Origin: the human T2T-CHM13v2.0 reference genome, Homo sapiens
NCBI RefSeq assembly: GCF_009914755.1
Contig: NC_060931.1
Direction: 5' to 3' (one strand)
Length of the DNA: 64,000 nt
In this document: piece by piece, positions 44,655 through 64,000 of the stretch
Layout of the letters: the number at the start of each line of letters is the position of its first letter
Position numbering within the stretch: position 1 is the first letter of the stretch
Notes under the pieces: model-generated
The model's database searches: none
The model's input: only the letters and a program-made list of their open reading frames with translations
What the model was told of the DNA's origin: nothing
Translations under genes and position numbers: made by a program

Positions 44655-45079
44655 TGATACACATACAACACAATATACAATATATACAACTCTGTATTCC
44701 CACAATCCAGCAGGTCACCCAGGATGAATAGATGCTCAAAAATGCCTTTCCAAATCATAAAGATGCTCAAAAATACCTTTCTGGAAACTATTTCATGTCA
44801 TCACACTCATAAGAAATGTCCATTTTTTAATGACACACTTAAGTAAACTGGAGGGGTTGGGGGAGGGACCTGGGGACGTCTATGTGGAGCTTGATGGAAA
44901 AAGTGATTATGTTTTCTTTAGAGTAAAGAATTATAAAAATGAAAATAATGTAATTAGAGAACATATTACATACTGAATTTGTATGAAATTTTCCAAATAA
45001 AATATTTTCAAAATTTTAATGAGAAACCTGAGCTTGCTTCTATGAACATAACTTAAAAATTTTTTTATAATGGATTTTA

Positions 45080-45290
45080 TTTAAACTAATATATCCACAC
45101 TATTATGACTTCAACCTGTCATCAATATAAAATTATGAATGAGCTATTTTACATTCTTGCTTTCTTACTACGTCTTCGAAATCTGGTGTGCGTTTTACAT
45201 ACCCAGCACTTTCCAATTTGGAGTAGCCACATTTCAAATGCTCTGCGGCCACATGTGGCCAGGGGCTGCCTGATAGGAGGCACTGCTCTG
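45080..45290. mobile_element. MER33-like hAT-Charlie fragment
   Basis: gaaatctggtgtgcgttttaca..tagccacatttcaaatgctc..gccacatgtggc. Confidence 0.7.
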
Positions 45291-45462
45291 CAGCGAGGAT
45301 GGCAAAGGTAGCACAGACACGGGCTTTTTTAAACATTCTTTTTTCATATGCTTGAAATGGCTATAAATAATCACCAGTGAAGATTTTTGAATGATGATCT
45401 ATTCAAGTTCTTGATAACTGCCATCAATGAGCAATTTGGACTAAATAGGAAAGAAACATTTA

Positions 45463-47190
<1,728 letters not shown>

Positions 47191-47731
47191 TAATTGTATA
47201 TAACCTCATGCGATTGTTGTGAGAGACAAATGAGCTATGTGTAAAGTGCTGGCACGTTGCCAGGCATGCGGGCAAGTCTTAATAAATGGTATTATTATTT
47301 CCACAATAAGGATGACAAGGTCTGATGAAGAGGAACAGCAGGGATTCGTGCCTCAAAAAGGATGCTGAGCTGTGGCCACTGCCTGGGAGTCTGTCCATGT
47401 TTTGTGGAATCGAGGCCACCCCGACTCATCCTGTTCCTTCCACGTGACATACAAAGCCCGCAGCCTACCCAGTAGGTACTCACAGCCACCTCTGTGTCAG
47501 AGCAGGACGAGACAGCCGCTCAGCAGCTGCACAGGCTACAGCGCAATTTAAGGCAGGAAGTGGAGAGAAATGCCATTTCTTACAGAAAATTCATGGGGAG
47601 AGAAATTCAAGTCGGCGGCAAGGACACTCATTTCCTTTCCTTAAATTTGATCATCTGCTACCTGCTCTCATTTGTCTAAGAATTTTTGTTTTAAGAAAAG
47701 TTTTACTCTCAGATTATTATAATAAAAATAA

Positions 47732-49103
<1,372 letters not shown>

Positions 49104-49139
49104 GGGATTTCCTACTTTTTAAAAACTATTACGACCATA

Positions 49140-49517
49140 GTGGGTGCTGTGCTGTGCCAACCACATCCGCCTTCAAGACTGGGGCACTCATTTCCCCGGC
49201 TGCCGGGAGTTTTCCTGCTGATGAATTGTCCTCAGCCAAGTGGGCTGCCTGATACCCCATGCCTGACATGGTTAATGTGTGTATGGAGTGGGGTGAACAA
49301 AGGCCTGGCTCCCATGCCTCAGTGGTATAACTCCAAAGGGCCACTCCAGCTGCAGAGCTTTCCAAGGAACCTGCAAATGCTCTCATTGCAATGCTCCCCA
49401 GCCTCACCCCTCCCTCTGTTCAGTCTTGCTGCCTTCCCTCCTTACAGCGGCTGTTTCCCAATGAACCTCCTGCACACATCTCTGTCTGTCTGTTTTCTGG
49501 GACAGCTGCCCTAAGAT
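49140..49517 (+). mobile_element. LTR16-like ERVL LTR
   Basis: aactccaaagggccactccagctgcagagct..aatgaacctcctgcacac. Confidence 0.6.
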
Positions 49518-50489
49518 GATCACGGATATTAAAAAGTTTTTTTTTTTAATATTTTTTGTTAACAGTTGTTACTAGAATTCTTTTTAGGAAAAGACGTGTC
49601 TTTGAAGAAAAGAACCTTGATATGTCTCCTGGGGTAAGATGCGTGACTTGTGGGAATGCAGGTAGCTGGTGGCTGAGGAGAAGCAGCTCGCAGGAAGCAA
49701 AAGGAAGAGTCCCTGGTTTTGCTCCTGACCAGGGAGGAGACTGATAAAGAAGAAAGGGGGTGGTAAAAGGGACGAGCCAGAGACACGGAGAAGAGCCAGA
49801 GGGGCAGAGAGAGGCTGGGACTGGTGAGAGTGGGCAGAGGACTTTGAAGGGGCTGACATTGTATGGCTGTGATGTAAGCCTCTCCTGTCTCCCCTCTGAA
49901 GTCACCAGTAAACTCCACGATGTTGACAGAACTCTGGTGAGTGAAAGTCAAAGAGAGGGCCACGTTTCATCTCTGAGATGCCTTGTGCAACTGAGATGCA
50001 TCAAAGGACACAGCAGCCAGGAGACAGAGGAGGCATGCAAGTGGAGAGAGGACACTTGCGTCTCATCTGAAGTGCAAGCAGCAGAGACAGCTTGGCCACA
50101 GTCAGCTGCCCCTAGCAGACGACTTCTACAAGGAATGTGTCAGTGCAGAGAAGCCTGGGAAAGGACAAATACTACCTTCTGACACCTCTCTTTCTCCCTT
50201 TTGGAACCCCGGATATGAAGGACCAGATGCCCAAAGTGGCAGAGAGCATGTTGACAGCTAAAGGGGAACAGTGACCCGTGCAACCAAGGAAGAGTGTTGT
50301 TCTGGGCCTTCTTTGACAATTGTATTCAGAGATAACAACTTCCACTCATTGCACTCAAATTAACCCTGTACCTAGATCACATATCACAGTCGTCACTGGC
50401 ATTTTCTCATGGCCTCAAGTTTTATGTGGTTGCCATCCTGGTCGGTAGCAGTTTTGTGCAATGCCTTTTGCCTTCTAGTCTTCAGAGGC

Positions 50490-53765
<3,276 letters not shown>

Positions 53766-54414
53766 TAGCATGTAGTTTGAAAATTCAATTACAATAAAAG
53801 ACTTCCAACAATAAACAAGTCTCCTTCCCCACTCCTTGCCTACCCAGCCAGGCTCCTCTGCAGAGGCAACTCTTCTAGCTATTTCTTCTGGTTCTTATCT
53901 CCACATTTCCAAATAATGTGCTCACTCGTATATTTCTTCATTTACCAATTTTAGGTAATATCTGTTGGTTTTCTGTTATTGGTGGGTGAGGATTTGATGT
54001 TTTTGCACAACCTCCATCCTCTGATCACATATTTTAGTTAAATAAATATTTGGTGTATAGTTTATTGTGATTACGAATCATTTCAGTCTTTGCCATGTCT
54101 TAAAAACCACTCTAGGATCTGGCTTCTGGCTCCCTGTCCCCCTCACCTCCAGCTGTTTCCCTCTCACTCACTCGTCTCCAGCATCACTGGCCTCCCTGGC
54201 TCCTCAGACCTGAGAACACTCCTACCCGAGGATCTTTGCACTTGCCCTTCTCTCCATCAGAGTGCTCGCCTTCCTGACATTTCCTGTCCGCTTCCTTATT
54301 TCATTCCCGACTCTGCTAAAATGTCACCTGATTAGCGAGAACTTCCTGCTCTCCTATCTAAAATAATATCCTCACTGCCATCCTTTTACTCAGCTTTACT
54401 TCTCTTCACAGATG

Positions 54415-54415
<1 letters not shown>

Positions 54416-54449
<34 letters not shown>
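54416..54449. repeat. (CA)n microsatellite within an L2 fragment
   Basis: Read directly. Confidence 0.95.
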
Positions 54450-54450
<1 letters not shown>

Positions 54451-54883
54451 CCTGACATTATATTATATACTTATTGACTTGAATATCAATTATATATTTA
54501 TTGAGGGCAGGGACTTTGTTTACTGTTAGGTCTCCCAGGGCCTGGGAACCTGCCTGGTGCATAGGCGGCTGTAGGTAAACCTTTTAGAGTAAAGGAATGC
54601 TAAGGCTGTCGACTTACTGTGCTTTAATTTCATTGTTTGTACAATTTCCTACCCTCCCTCTCCCCACAGTTAATATTTATCTTGGTTTTTCACTTACTTT
54701 GCTTTGTATGCAGCACATCCTCCAACAGCCCTTCAATCCAAGTTGTTCATACAAACGAATCAGATAATCTGCTGTGTTTAAATTCCCCTCTGCATTCAAA
54801 AGCAATGCAGGAATCGGATAAATTGAGATAAAATATCCACATTGTTAGATAAAGGGGCATGGAGGACAGAACTTAGTTGGTAG

Positions 54884-55548
<665 letters not shown>

Positions 55549-55748
55549 CCTCTATTAGTTCCTTTTTATTCCCTCTGGTATTCACCTCCTGGAGCTCTGT
55601 CTACCTGTACCAGCCTGCAAGGGTACTCTCTAGCCCTATTATCCTGGGATTTTCCCTCATTGTCACCTTGTGAATTTCCTCACCTCCCTCCTGTGCTGCA
55701 TCCCCTGTTCCCTACGTTGCATTTTAGTGGAGCACAGCCTGCAGTGGC

Positions 55749-55750
<2 letters not shown>

Positions 55751-55790
<40 letters not shown>
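55751..55790. repeat. (AC)20 microsatellite
   Basis: Read directly. Confidence 0.95.
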
Positions 55791-55796
<6 letters not shown>

Positions 55797-55829
55797 GTGC
55801 ACAGCACCAAAGTTCCCAATGCCTGGCAG

Positions 55830-57340
<1,511 letters not shown>

Positions 57341-57351
57341 TAAAATAAATA

Positions 57352-58748
<1,397 letters not shown>

Positions 58749-59018
58749 TGGATACTTTTCTTTACATTTTAAAATGTTTAATTTAGAAATAATTTCAGAT
58801 TTACAAAAAAGTTGCAAATATACTAAAAAACAAAACCCAAACCCATATATACTTTACCCAGCTCCCCTAAAGTGCATGATATATAACCACGATACAATTA
58901 ACAAAACCAGGAAATTAACGCTGATACCATTAACTAATCTGTACACCTTAATTTAAATTTTGTCAGTTGTTCCGCTGATGGGACAGATCCAATCCAGGAT
59001 CACATATTGTGTTAGATT

Positions 59019-59805
<787 letters not shown>

Positions 59806-59917
59806 AATTATCATGTCACCTTAGTTTTTTTTTTTAATCTGAAATTGTTCCTCGGGCTTTCTTTCTGTTTGTTGTTTTTCTGATTTTAACACATTTGAAG
59901 GATACTGGCCAGTTCTA

Positions 59918-63870
<3,953 letters not shown>

Positions 63871-64000
63871 AGGGCAAACTAAGTTTGTGACAACTTGTTA
63901 CATCAAAAATAGGAATCTCACACATGGACCAACAGATATCAATAGATACTTTTCAACCTACAACATCTCATTCCATATGTTGGCTTTCTTGCCCCCATAT

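Overview
Human (primate) genomic DNA, very rich in Alu elements: about 80-90 Alu or Alu-fragment copies, roughly a third to 40% of bases by eye. These sit among L1M, L2, MIR, hAT DNA transposons and MaLR/ERVL/HERV-H LTRs. The only gene I recognise is the last exon of SMKR1 (small lysine-rich protein 1; + strand, CDS 5311-5505, AATAAA at 5961). From recall this places the window at 7q32.1, running from SMKR1 into the intergenic region towards NRF1. Nearly all ORFs in the track are Alu or microsatellite artefacts. I see no evidence of a new multi-gene system. The clearest unexplained structure is a set of short, locally templated duplications: two pieces of the SMKR1 exon copied 1 kb upstream and 2.2 kb downstream, a 64-bp inverted copy inserted in an Alu with a flanking duplication, and smaller fold-back and tandem events. 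Also notable are an Alu whose target-site duplication copied the likely SMKR1 branch point, an orphan exon-like ORF at 43.7 kb, a motif-dense enhancer candidate at 25.2-25.8 kb, an RFX/TATA/AP-1 promoter-like cluster at 29.5 kb, and a solo LTR7 carrying a G-tailed AluY. Repeat boundaries and subfamily names were read by eye and are approximate.
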